IMG/VR virus record: IMGVR_UViG_3300022752_003600
Coordinates: 306 to 64,305 of that record
Strand: one strand, 5' to 3'
DNA: 64,000 bases
Source: a virus
Taxonomy: Duplodnaviria > Caudoviricetes
The translations under genes and the position numbers were made by a program. Shown one piece after another: positions 9,103 through 18,136 of this stretch. The notes under the pieces are model-generated. The model had not been told where the DNA came from and searched no databases. It saw only the letters and a program-made list of their open reading frames with translations. The first letter of the stretch is position 1. Every line of letters begins with the position of its first letter.

Positions 9103-10854
9103 ATGAAAATCGCAGTTTACACCATAGCACTTAATGAAAAAAAGTTCGTTGACCCGTGGTACGAGTCAGCGAAGGACGCAGACTACCTGCTGATCGCCGA
9201 CACCGGCTCGACAGACGGGACCGTCGAGCGGGCCCGTGAGCTCGGTATTCACGTTGCGCAGCTCACCGTCAAGCCCTGGCGGTTTGACGACGCGCGCAAC
9301 GCGTCGCTGGCGCTGATTCCGGCGGACATTGACTTCTGCATCGCGCTCGACATGGACGAGGTCCTCGTTTCAGGCTGGCGCGAGCACCTCGAAAAGACGC
9401 CGCCCGGCACGACGCGGCCGCGCTACAAGTATGTCTGGAACTGGAACCCAGACGGCAGCGAGGGGCTTGTGTACGGCGCCGACAAGGTGCACGCGCGCCG
9501 TGGATACCGCTGGGTGCATCCGGTGCACGAGGTCCTGGCGCCGACAGACGGCGAGGTCCAAAACTGGATCGGCATGGAGATCCACCACTTTGCCGACCGA
9601 TCAAAGTCACGCGGCCAGTACCTGCCGCTGCTCAAGAAGGCGGTTGACGAGCGTCCGATGGACGACCGCAACGCATACTACTACGCGCGTGAGCTGTTTT
9701 TCTACGGCCAGAACGAGGAGGCGCAGAGAGAGTTCAAGCGGCACCTCGCGCTGCCGACCGCGACCTGGCGCGCCGAGCGGGCGGCGTCCATGCGCTACCT
9801 GGCCAAGATCGAGAAGCACGAGGCCGAGACGTGGCTGCTGCGCGCATGCGCCGAGGCGCCTGAGTTTCGCGAGCCGTGGGTCGAGCTCGCGACCCACTAC
9901 TACGGCAGGCGCTCCTGGGAGAACTGCCTGTCGGCCGCACGGCGTGCGCTGACGATCAAGGAAAAGCCGCTCGTGTATATCAACGATGCGACCGCGTGGG
10001 GCTCGCTGCCGCACGACCTGGCGAGCATCAGCGCGTGGCACGTCGGCCAGAAAGACGCCGCGATCTCGCACCTGCGAGACGCGCTGGCGATCTCTCCGAA
10101 CGACGAGCGCCTCCAGGCGAACCTAGCGATGATGCTGCGCGACACGCGGCCTGAGCCGGTGGTCGCCGTCGTTCCTTCGAAGTCAAACTTCAGCGGTTGC
10201 CTGAGTGTCATTGAAAAGCTCGTCAAGGACCCACAGGTCAAGAGAGTGATGCTTGTGGCCGATGGAGACGAGGCGCACGAAGAGTACAGCAAGCTGCTGA
10301 GAGACGAGAAGTTTAATGACGTTAAGCTGCATAAGGTGCCGCTTGGCGCTGGAATCCACGCGATGTGGAACATCGGCGCCGAGGCGGCGTCACGGCTTGG
10401 AACGGCACTCGCACTTGTCAACGACGACGTCACGATCTCAGACACAACGATCGGCACGCTTGCGTCGCTGCTCGCCTACGACAAAAGCATCGGGCTCGCG
10501 TGCCCGGCCTACGACTACCGCAAGTTTAAGGACATCTGCCAGGACGTGAGGACGGTCTGCAACGGCAGGTACGACGGCACCGGCGGCCTCGCGGGGTTCT
10601 GCATGGTCTTAGGCAAAGACGTCGACTGGCGCTTTGACGAGTCGATGAAGTGGTGGTACGGCGACAACGACGTGCTGCTGCACGTCTTAAGGGTCAAGAA
10701 AAAGCGCGCTGTCATCACGAGTCTGGCCAGGTGTAGTGGCAACTCGTCTGCGACGGTCGACAACGACCCGCCGGCTGACTTTGTGAAGACGGTGCAAGAC
10801 GACAAGCTCAAGTTCTGCGTCAAATGGGGAATCGAGGACTCAAATGCATGGTGA
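9103..10854 (+). CDS. GT2 + TPR-like + second GT2-like fusion
   Basis: N-terminal IAVYTIALNE/DTGSTDGT/LDMDE/VHE, helical TPR-like middle, C-terminal LVNDD...WWYGDND. Confidence 0.85.
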   Translation: MKIAVYTIALNEKKFVDPWYESAKDADYLLIADTGSTDGTVERARELGIHVAQLTVKPWRFDDARNASLALIPADIDFCIALDMDEVLVSGWREHLEKTPPGTTRPRYKYVWNWNPDGSEGLVYGADKVHARRGYRWVHPVHEVLAPTDGEVQNWIGMEIHHFADRSKSRGQYLPLLKKAVDERPMDDRNAYYYARELFFYGQNEEAQREFKRHLALPTATWRAERAASMRYLAKIEKHEAETWLLRACAEAPEFREPWVELATHYYGRRSWENCLSAARRALTIKEKPLVYINDATAWGSLPHDLASISAWHVGQKDAAISHLRDALAISPNDERLQANLAMMLRDTRPEPVVAVVPSKSNFSGCLSVIEKLVKDPQVKRVMLVADGDEAHEEYSKLLRDEKFNDVKLHKVPLGAGIHAMWNIGAEAASRLGTALALVNDDVTISDTTIGTLASLLAYDKSIGLACPAYDYRKFKDICQDVRTVCNGRYDGTGGLAGFCMVLGKDVDWRFDESMKWWYGDNDVLLHVLRVKKKRAVITSLARCSGNSSATVDNDPPADFVKTVQDDKLKFCVKWGIEDSNAW

Positions 10855-11362
10855 TGTGCTTACCTGGGTGCGCGGAGCGCTTGCTACTCACAAGGAGACT
10901 GCCAACCCAAAGTCAAGTGGAAACCACGTCCTAGAGATAGGCAGCCTCGACATCAACGGCAGCGTCCGGTCACTGTTTGACGAGCTCGTGCGCGACGGAG
11001 GGTCCTACCTCGGCATCGATGTCCAAGAAGGCCCCGGAGTAGACCTCGTGGCCGACGCAAGCGTCTACAGCAGTGACAAAAAATATGACACCGTCGTGTG
11101 CGCCGAGGTGTTCGAGCACACGCCGCTGTGGCCGAAGATCGTCAAAAACGCGCACTCGCTCCTTGTACCAGGCGGGATGTTTGTCGCAACCATGGCCGGA
11201 GAAGGCCGTCCACCGCACTCGGCAATTGACGAAAACCCGATACGCGACTGGGAATACTACAAAAATGTCACATCTACGATGCTCGAGGCTGAGTTAAAGA
11301 TATTTTCTCACTACGAGGTCAACGTGCTGAAGACAGACACGCGCTGCTGGGCGATCAAGTAG
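10844..11362 (+). CDS. Class I SAM methyltransferase (type 11-like)
   Basis: VLEIGS.DINGS...YLGID...GPGVD...EVFEH...LVPGG. Confidence 0.85.
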   Translation: MHGDVLTWVRGALATHKETANPKSSGNHVLEIGSLDINGSVRSLFDELVRDGGSYLGIDVQEGPGVDLVADASVYSSDKKYDTVVCAEVFEHTPLWPKIVKNAHSLLVPGGMFVATMAGEGRPPHSAIDENPIRDWEYYKNVTSTMLEAELKIFSHYEVNVLKTDTRCWAIK

Positions 11363-11888
11363 CTTTCTTTTTCTTTTCTTCTTTTAGTCGTTTCTTTTCT
11401 TCTCGTTCTTTTTTCTTGCGCATCTTTGCCTCGCGCGAAGCGTGGTAGGCGTTCACAGCGTTTGCGCTTGTCCTGCTCTTCCAGTTAAAGCCGCACTTTT
11501 CGCACGTCACGATCTTTGTCGTAGACCACCTACCGCCTCCGTCAAGCTCGTGCTCTGTGACACTGAGGTGCACCGGTCGAGCGCTGCAGTACGGGCACTG
11601 CGGCGACCTGCGTCTGCGGATCTCCTGCCCGGTATGTGAGACTGACAGCGCACGGCGAATGTCGTCTTCTGTCCTTCCTCCCCAGACACCCCACAGCTGC
11701 TTTGTATCAAGCGCCCACTTGAGGCACTCTTGCCGCACATCACAACCAAAGCAGAAGTTGCAAGCGCGGTGCTGCTCGTCAAGTTCCGAAGAAAAGAACA
11801 GTTCTTTTATCGACCTAGCTTCTTCAGTTTTGTCCGCGCACCGCGCACGGCCGTGCCATGAAACATCTCCTAGAGAAAAGATACTCAC
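11355..11888 (-). CDS. whiB: WhiB-family regulator with C-terminal zinc ribbon
   Basis: WhiB Cys pattern (C...CxxCx5C) and GVWGG, followed by CPYC...CEKC and a basic tail. Confidence 0.85.
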   Translation of the reverse strand: MSIFSLGDVSWHGRARCADKTEEARSIKELFFSSELDEQHRACNFCFGCDVRQECLKWALDTKQLWGVWGGRTEDDIRRALSVSHTGQEIRRRRSPQCPYCSARPVHLSVTEHELDGGGRWSTTKIVTCEKCGFNWKSRTSANAVNAYHASREAKMRKKKEREEKKRLKEEKKKKAT

Positions 11889-11892
11889 AGCT

Positions 11893-12228
11893 TTACAACT
11901 CTACAAGTGTTACTGGGACCGGCTCCTCGACCGTGTCACCGAGCGATGTCTCTCCTCTGTCATTGCATATCGCGTAGTCTTTAGCTTCGTCGAGCTCACC
12001 GGCGTATGAGTGCACGCAGAGTCCGGTCTCGACTGTCTTAAACGCCTCTCCCAGTGTATCCACAAGTCCTTCACGCTGCACGGCAGACGCGAGGGCCCTG
12101 CGGACTACATCGTTCTCGATGTCGACGTGCTCGACGGTGTAAAAGACTACAGAGCCACTACGCTCTTTTTCGTACAGTTCACCGGTCCACTCTGACCAAA
12201 GCGACTCACCTCTTCGCGTGTCTTTCAC
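11893..12228 (-). CDS. Hypothetical protein between the two whiB genes
   Basis: Fills the gap in a tightly packed minus-strand operon. Confidence 0.7.
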   Translation of the reverse strand: MKDTRRGESLWSEWTGELYEKERSGSVVFYTVEHVDIENDVVRRALASAVQREGLVDTLGEAFKTVETGLCVHSYAGELDEAKDYAICNDRGETSLGDTVEEPVPVTLVEL

Positions 12229-12553
12229 TCTCAGATACTATCGCGCTTAGGCTCAGCGCGCGGCGCTTTGCCTTGTATTCTCTAGCACGCATGCGGCGGT
12301 GCATCATCTTGTCGTCGACAAAGTACCCGGCTAAAAACCTCTCGTCAGCTGTCTCGCCTCCCCAGACGCCAAGCTCTCCGTTCTGTCTGGCGTACTCGCG
12401 GCACTCATTGACGACAGTGCAACCTGCGCAGATAGACTTCGCGACCGCAACTCTCCTAGCTGTCATCTGTGGCCTTTCAGACGCCTTCTCAAAGAAGTAG
12501 CTAGTCTTGCCCTTGCAGTTTGCTTCTTTGATCCAGTCAATGATGCCTGTCAT
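12206..12553 (-). CDS. whiB: WhiB-family regulator
   Basis: W...ANC...ICAGCTVVNEC...GVWGG; GGAG SD upstream. Confidence 0.9.
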   Translation of the reverse strand: MTGIIDWIKEANCKGKTSYFFEKASERPQMTARRVAVAKSICAGCTVVNECREYARQNGELGVWGGETADERFLAGYFVDDKMMHRRMRAREYKAKRRALSLSAIVSESERHAKR

Positions 12554-12637
12554 ATGCTTCTAACGCTCCTATATGTCTTGGTGGTGCGAAACCGAATTAT
12601 CTTGTTTTTGCGTCACGAAATGTCATCTAATAGCACG

Positions 12638-13150
12638 CTATGCAGCGAGTACGTAGCCGTCCTGGTGTGGCCACGCGTATTCGTAGGTGCCAGGCGCGGC
12701 GCCGGTGTCCTCGGTCCAGCCAAACTGCTTGTACCAGTCGTAGTGCTTGCACAGCAGCGCGGTACGGTGCGTCGAGCACAGGCGCTCGTAGTACTCGACG
12801 TCGGACATCCAACGAGGCAGCGTGTACTCTGGTGAGATGCGGCCAAGCTCGACGGCGCGGTCATATGTAGAGAACATCTTTTCGAGCAGTGTCGACTTGT
12901 AGCCGCGGCCGCGCCACTCGTAGTATGTCGCGGTTAGGTACGCGAGTAAGACGGTTTCGTGGCCGCGCCACATGCGGACAACAGGGTGGTTTGCCCAGCC
13001 TTTGGTCGTCTTGTCGGTGCCGTCAGGGTTGAGGCCTGTCATGGTAAGCAGGCACTGCCAGCCTTCGAGCGTCTGCTTATGTAGACGTTTGTTGTCGAGG
13101 TGCCTAGCGATCGTCTCGAATGAGGCCGTGTCAGTTAAGAATGTTTGCAT
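12638..13150 (-). CDS. MSMEG_6728-family / pyrimidine-dimer-glycosylase-like protein
   Basis: MQTFL...LDNKRLHKQTLE...GWANHPVVRMWRGH...STHRTALLCK; GGAG SD upstream of ATG13150. Confidence 0.75.
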   Translation of the reverse strand: MQTFLTDTASFETIARHLDNKRLHKQTLEGWQCLLTMTGLNPDGTDKTTKGWANHPVVRMWRGHETVLLAYLTATYYEWRGRGYKSTLLEKMFSTYDRAVELGRISPEYTLPRWMSDVEYYERLCSTHRTALLCKHYDWYKQFGWTEDTGAAPGTYEYAWPHQDGYVLAA

Positions 13151-13185
13151 GTCGCTCCGTATGTAGTGTCGTCGTTGCGTATCTA

Positions 13186-13194
13186 ATTGTACCA
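13186..13194 (-). promoter_or_regulatory. Extended -10 promoter (TGGTACAAT)
   Basis: Intergenic TGn-TACAAT upstream of ATG13150. Confidence 0.55.
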
Positions 13195-13220
13195 CGGCGC
13201 GCGCCGAATCTGAGGAAGAC

Positions 13221-14468
13221 CTATTTCTTCTTTTCGGCCATCTTTCGCTTGACATAGACGCGTGAAAAGCCCTTGTCTGTGTGGTGCATATACTCATGGT
13301 CGCCGATCTTTTCTCCTGCCGGTCCGCCCTGCTCTTCGTCGAGGCAAGCGGCGACGTGCTTTCCGATCCACGCACCAGCCTGCGCGGCTACAGCCTTGCC
13401 CCAGGTGGCCTTCATCATCGAGTAGTCTTGCGCTCCCTCGATGGTCCACGCGTCAGGCAGTCCCTGGATGCGCGCGGCCTCGCGGTGCGTAAGCAACCGT
13501 GGTTGGGTCGGGTGGACGACGTGCTGCAGCGCGGCTCCTGTCAGCACGCGACACACTCCACGGCCGTCCCAACGACCCGGCTGTGAGTACCCGAGCACAA
13601 ACTTACGCCTACGGACATTCTTCTCAGAGCCGAGCCACGACTGCGGAAACTTGTTGTTGTTGAGCCGCACGGCCTCCTTGAGGACCTCTTGCTGAATCTC
13701 ATTTGGCTTCCACCCGTCATTGCCGATGATCGCAAAGATGTCCTCGACCTTAGCTTTTGAGCCGTCACTAACGCCGATGTGGCCGTCGACGGTCGAGCTC
13801 TTTGAGCGGAGGTGCTTGACGTATTGTGACGGCTTGTCCGTGATCTTTTGCGATGACCACTGTAGCGGCAGGTGCTCAAGGTCACCGATGATGTCCATGA
13901 CCGTCGGAAAGCGTTTTGGCTCGTCAACTGTCACGCCGAACTTCATGCCGCGGCGCACCGCCACCCAGAAGTAGCGCGGCCTGTACGAGAAGCCGCCAAG
14001 CTGTAGGTTGTTGTGAAGCACATGGTGCAGGTCATACTTCTTGCCAGAGATCTCCTCGACCATGTCTCGGTACTTGAGCATGACCTCACGCCCGTCTGAG
14101 TATGCCTGCTGGACGCACTCGAACACGATGGCCTGCGGCTTGACCGCGCCGGCATAGCGCATGAACGCTCGCGTGTGCTCGTGCGCCTTTGACTCCGGTC
14201 CGCGCTGAGTGTGAGACGACCACACAGACCAGCCTGAGCATGGCGGGCAGCCGACAACAGCGTCTGTCTTTAGCCGAGGCCAGTCATCAGATTCGTCTGC
14301 AAAGCTCGCTTCCCATGACTGGCCGAAAAACGACCGGTTTGCCTCGACCACGGGGTTGCCAAAGTCGAGCGTACCTGTACGGGCAACCATCTCCATGCCA
14401 GACTTCACGAAGCCGTAGCTCATGAATCCAGCGAGTCCGTTGCAATCTACAAATGTGTGCTTTGACAT
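13221..14468 (-). CDS. C5-cytosine DNA methyltransferase-like protein (atypical motifs I, VI and X)
   Basis: GCPPCSGWS catalytic PC, ECV (ENV), RPRYF, RLLTHREAARIQGLPD. Leaderless TGA-TACGGT lies 7 nt before the ATG. Confidence 0.8.
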   Translation of the reverse strand: MSKHTFVDCNGLAGFMSYGFVKSGMEMVARTGTLDFGNPVVEANRSFFGQSWEASFADESDDWPRLKTDAVVGCPPCSGWSVWSSHTQRGPESKAHEHTRAFMRYAGAVKPQAIVFECVQQAYSDGREVMLKYRDMVEEISGKKYDLHHVLHNNLQLGGFSYRPRYFWVAVRRGMKFGVTVDEPKRFPTVMDIIGDLEHLPLQWSSQKITDKPSQYVKHLRSKSSTVDGHIGVSDGSKAKVEDIFAIIGNDGWKPNEIQQEVLKEAVRLNNNKFPQSWLGSEKNVRRRKFVLGYSQPGRWDGRGVCRVLTGAALQHVVHPTQPRLLTHREAARIQGLPDAWTIEGAQDYSMMKATWGKAVAAQAGAWIGKHVAACLDEEQGGPAGEKIGDHEYMHHTDKGFSRVYVKRKMAEKKK

Positions 14469-14481
14469 GAAGACTACCGTA

Positions 14482-14775
14482 TCACGCCTGCGTCAAAGAG
14501 GTCTTACCCACCTCGTAGCCACACGCGGCGTATCCAGCGATGTCGGTCCAGGTGTCTCCCTGGAAGCCGGACTTAGACGCGTAGCGGGCGACCTTGACCG
14601 CGACCATCGCCATCGCGACGTCCTCTCTTGTGACCTCGATGCCGAAGATAACCGACCAGATCTTAGCGATCCTGTCAAAGTTCTCCTCAGGGCCACCATA
14701 CTGCTTGTCGCGCTCGCCGTTGATGATCCTCGCGGCCTCGTCGAGGCACTTTTCTCTCTCAAGCTTCTTTGCCAT
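14482..14775 (-). CDS. DUF6378-like phage protein (nucleotide pyrophosphohydrolase-like)
   Basis: GERDKQYG.PEENFDRIA..WS...VKVAR...DTWTDIAGYAA. Confidence 0.75.
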   Translation of the reverse strand: MAKKLEREKCLDEAARIINGERDKQYGGPEENFDRIAKIWSVIFGIEVTREDVAMAMVAVKVARYASKSGFQGDTWTDIAGYAACGYEVGKTSLTQA

Positions 14776-14777
14776 GT

Positions 14778-14975
14778 CTACCTCTCTGTGATCCGCAGCC
14801 GCACTGTCACGGTTGCCTTGTACTCTTTTTCTGAGTGCTCTTCTACCTTAAACTCGCTGTCGTGCGGCAACGAGGCCTCGCTGTCGCCGACAAACTCGCG
14901 CCACTGCTTGACAGCCTGCTTCTTAAGCGCATCAAAGTCGCTGCCATACACCGTCATAGACACACTTCCAATCAT
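14778..14975 (-). CDS. Small hypothetical protein
   Basis: TAATG coupling with the upstream gene; fills the operon. Confidence 0.65.
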   Translation of the reverse strand: MIGSVSMTVYGSDFDALKKQAVKQWREFVGDSEASLPHDSEFKVEEHSEKEYKATVTVRLRITER

Positions 14976-15394
14976 TACTTGATCCTCTTTTCAAGCTTGT
15001 GCGGCGAGTGGTGTGTTCCGTCGAGAAAAGGCACTTTTTCATCCGTTGACCTAAAGATGACGTCGCCGTAGCGCACCGCGACGACCTTTCCGACGCGCCC
15101 GTTGTGCAGCGTGCCGAGCTTTCCTTCATACGCGTCGTGCCTAACCCGCACGATGTCGCCGACTGATATCGCCCCCGGTCTAGCCTCGACCCACACTTCT
15201 TCTGACGCGTCTTGAAGCAGCGAGTGCGCCACGGCGAGCTTGCTAAGCAGCGACAGCACCTCGGCAGAGTCTTTGTCGGCGTGTTTTAGGTCTTTCCACG
15301 CCTCGAGTAGCGCCATGACTGACGCTCCAACCGACTTTTTTGCCCGCACACTTGCGAGTTGCGCGCTAGCCCAGTCAAGGTCAACGTGTTTCAT
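14975..15394 (-). CDS. Hypothetical protein with SH3/KOW-like C-terminus
   Basis: VGDIVRV...GRVGKVVAVRYG; operon packing. Confidence 0.65.
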   Translation of the reverse strand: MKHVDLDWASAQLASVRAKKSVGASVMALLEAWKDLKHADKDSAEVLSLLSKLAVAHSLLQDASEEVWVEARPGAISVGDIVRVRHDAYEGKLGTLHNGRVGKVVAVRYGDVIFRSTDEKVPFLDGTHHSPHKLEKRIK

Positions 15395-15863
15395 CTTTGC
15401 TCCTTTGTGGACATGCTTGTTCTCTGCAGCTTTCAGTGTCGTAGTCGTCGAGCGCTCGTGCGCATAGTTGGCACTTCACGCCGGCGTCAAGGACCTTGTA
15501 GCCTTTCTTTTGGCGGTCTGCGTTCTTTTGCATCTTTGCCAGGTACTCAGCGTTGAGCTCCTCGTCGGTCCCGCCGACGGCGCAGATGATGTTCGCGACA
15601 AAGTGCAATACATCGACGCACTCTTTAAGTACCTCGCGGCGGTCAACATACGGGTCGTCGTGCTGCCAAGGCTTCCACGAGATGGCCTTGCGCACCTCGG
15701 CGAGCTCATCGTCGATCGCGAGCATGTTCCACCGCAGGTACTCAATGACAGCGCGCAGCGAATCATGGTCATCGCTGTGAAGCTTTGCGTAGTCAACGTT
15801 GTAGCAGTCTTGCTGCAACTTAGATGTTGCCTCAAGCCACTTTCCGAATAACTTATCAGTCAT
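15381..15863 (-). CDS. All-alpha dNTP pyrophosphatase (dimeric dUTPase/dCTPase, MazG-like)
   Basis: DELAEV...WKPW...ECVDVLHF...KMQKNADRQ motifs as in dimeric dUTPase/T4 gp56-type enzymes. Confidence 0.8.
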   Translation of the reverse strand: MTDKLFGKWLEATSKLQQDCYNVDYAKLHSDDHDSLRAVIEYLRWNMLAIDDELAEVRKAISWKPWQHDDPYVDRREVLKECVDVLHFVANIICAVGGTDEELNAEYLAKMQKNADRQKKGYKVLDAGVKCQLCARALDDYDTESCREQACPQRSKDETR

Positions 15864-16875
15864 GTTTGTCAATCACCTGTCGTAGTGTTTCTAATGCTTC
15901 TTCTCTAGAAGGTATCTTATCTAGATATTCGCGAGATTGGTGAACCGAAAGTTCGTATGCGTCTAACCTACTCATGTTTTCAATCCTCGCGGCGAGGACG
16001 GCCCATGACGGGCCAGCCGTGTTGCTATACTTCCACTCTGTGACCACAGGAGTACCGACGTTGAGTGACTTCACAAATAGCGGCGACCACCAAGGCCTCT
16101 TGTCGTCGTGAATCGTAAGTATCACGCCGAGTAGCGAGCCGATCTTTTTCTTGACTTCTGCTCCAGACATGTGCTTTTTGTCTTTGATGCCAGAGTGCGG
16201 TAGTCCAAGTGTGTGCGCGATAGACCTTGCCCATCGAGTAGACGTTAGGTCGATCCCCCACGCTCGAGTCCTCTCTCGTTGTAGCGCTTCTGTGCCAGGT
16301 TGGCGCGTGTAGAGCGCGTCAAACGACAGCCCGACAAGCGAGTGCTTTAAGCCGTCTCTTACTCCGACAATGTCGGACGCGTCTTTGTACCACGGAAGCG
16401 TCGGCCACAGTGTCGTAGGCCACTTCGCAGTTAGAAGGCCGAGAGCAGACTCAATGACTCGTTCTTTTGCGCCTTCATCGGCCAGTGCCAAGCTGTACCC
16501 GCTTCTTCGAGAGTAAAAAGGCTTAAACAACTTCTGTGGGTCACGCTGGATCGACCTAAGCCCGGCAAATATCTTTCCAGGCTCAGGAGCGTCAATGAAC
16601 AGCGCGAGTCTTTCATCTCCACGCAGCAACGATGCGACGTTAAGTGCGCCATAGACTCCGTTTGACGACACGCTTAGCGGTGAGGTCAAGCCTACAAACA
16701 CCTTGTCATATTCTGCGAGGTCATCAAGTGTCCATGACACGTCTGCTTCTGCCTGCACGACCTCGTACCCTAGTTGGCGGACAGCGTTTGCCAGCATTCC
16801 GGCATACGTAAGCGCGCGCTGCGCTACAGATGACGAGTAGTGCTGCGCACTGGTACCAGTGACTAGCACTTTCAC
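15856..16875 (-). CDS. GT-B-like putative DNA/nucleotide glycosyltransferase
   Basis: MKVLVTG...LGYEVVQ...DLAEYDKVFV N-lobe and WWSPLFVKSLNVGTPVVT C-lobe; lies beside a nucleotidyltransferase. Confidence 0.55.
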   Translation of the reverse strand: MKVLVTGTSAQHYSSSVAQRALTYAGMLANAVRQLGYEVVQAEADVSWTLDDLAEYDKVFVGLTSPLSVSSNGVYGALNVASLLRGDERLALFIDAPEPGKIFAGLRSIQRDPQKLFKPFYSRRSGYSLALADEGAKERVIESALGLLTAKWPTTLWPTLPWYKDASDIVGVRDGLKHSLVGLSFDALYTRQPGTEALQRERTRAWGIDLTSTRWARSIAHTLGLPHSGIKDKKHMSGAEVKKKIGSLLGVILTIHDDKRPWWSPLFVKSLNVGTPVVTEWKYSNTAGPSWAVLAARIENMSRLDAYELSVHQSREYLDKIPSREEALETLRQVIDKHD

Positions 16876-17633
16876 GACTGCGCCTCTTCGATCGCGGCCT
16901 CAAACGCCGCGGGGACACCGACATCCATCGCGTTGACGTCAAACAGGTGGGTTGGGTACCTAAGTATGTCTGTTAGATACGGTCCGATCTTCAGCTCTCC
17001 CGCTGTTTGACCGCGTTCTTTCCACGCATATGAAAGTACATTACGTGCGCGGTGCGTGTCCATCACCACAGGACCGCACCACACGACCGCCAACGGCATC
17101 GCCGCTGTAGGATCAACAAAGTCACTGTCTTCTAGAGCAGCGCCTTCAGCAAACTCGTACATCAAGTCTCTGGTAATGCCGTCTGACCACCTGTTTCTCA
17201 CTCTAGTAAACCGATGAGCCTGTGTTTTTGGCACCGTGCGCGTGCCGACGGCATTTGAGTTAGAGATCTCAGTTGTTACTGCCATGTCAACTACTTTTTC
17301 TTGGTCCATGATGTTGTCACTCATGAGCAGCATCACACGCTTTGAGTCGCCAAGCGCGTTGATACCGACAAGCGCCGCGTGTCCCGGCCCGCGCGGCTCG
17401 TCTTGGACAACGACCTGTACCCACGACGAGTATGGCTCGAGGACTTTCTTGACCTGCGTGATGTTGTGTGGTGAGACAACTACGATAGTCTTCTCTGCGC
17501 CGGCAGCTGCCGCGTATTCGGCCGCGTAGGCCAGCAACGTGATGCCGTTAACCTCAAGAAGCGGCTTAAAGAACGGCATCGAGTATCCCAGCATGCGCTG
17601 GCCTCTTCCCGCGGCGAGGATCACTGCGTCCAC
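16872..17633 (-). CDS. Sugar-phosphate nucleotidyltransferase (NTP_transferase)
   Basis: AVILAAGRGQRM...KPLLEV...QDEPRGPGHA...LMSDN...DVG. Confidence 0.9.
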   Translation of the reverse strand: MDAVILAAGRGQRMLGYSMPFFKPLLEVNGITLLAYAAEYAAAAGAEKTIVVVSPHNITQVKKVLEPYSSWVQVVVQDEPRGPGHAALVGINALGDSKRVMLLMSDNIMDQEKVVDMAVTTEISNSNAVGTRTVPKTQAHRFTRVRNRWSDGITRDLMYEFAEGAALEDSDFVDPTAAMPLAVVWCGPVVMDTHRARNVLSYAWKERGQTAGELKIGPYLTDILRYPTHLFDVNAMDVGVPAAFEAAIEEAQS

Positions 17634-18136
17634 GGCCACTCCTGTCGCGCCCACACGAACTTCCAGCCAGCCTCACGCGCCGGTGCCTGCCCGTCGATCC
17701 TGTCATCAATGTAGACTCCAGTCACTGCCACTTTTTTGAGGATCGCGACGCGCTCACTCGTCGACACGCTACCGGCTAATAGCGCGCCTGGCGTAAGCCC
17801 TAAGGCCTCAAGAACGGCCTCGGCCGCGTCGCGAGCGGCTCCGGTGACGTACGTCACGTCGCCAGGAAACACGCGCTCAAGCGCGAGCAAGATGTCGGCG
17901 TACGGAAGCTTGTTCTCGAGCGCCGCGCCTGACTTGATCACGTCTACGTACACGAGCGTCTTCTCACTGTGCACCCTGCGCGCGTCCTCAAGCGAGCCAA
18001 CTGCGGACGGAAGCCACATCTGCCACGGATGTCCCCACGCCTCATCTGGCATGTTGACGCCAACTTTCTTGTACGCCTCGCGGACGAGGTGCCTCGAGTT
18101 TACGAGCACGCCGTCAATGTCTGAGCACCACTTCAT
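17621..18136 (-). CDS. HAD-superfamily phosphatase
   Basis: MKWCSDIDGVLV (DxD), YVTG, YIDD...G...AREAG; ATGA overlap with the upstream gene. Confidence 0.85.
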   Translation of the reverse strand: MKWCSDIDGVLVNSRHLVREAYKKVGVNMPDEAWGHPWQMWLPSAVGSLEDARRVHSEKTLVYVDVIKSGAALENKLPYADILLALERVFPGDVTYVTGAARDAAEAVLEALGLTPGALLAGSVSTSERVAILKKVAVTGVYIDDRIDGQAPAREAGWKFVWARQEWPWTQ

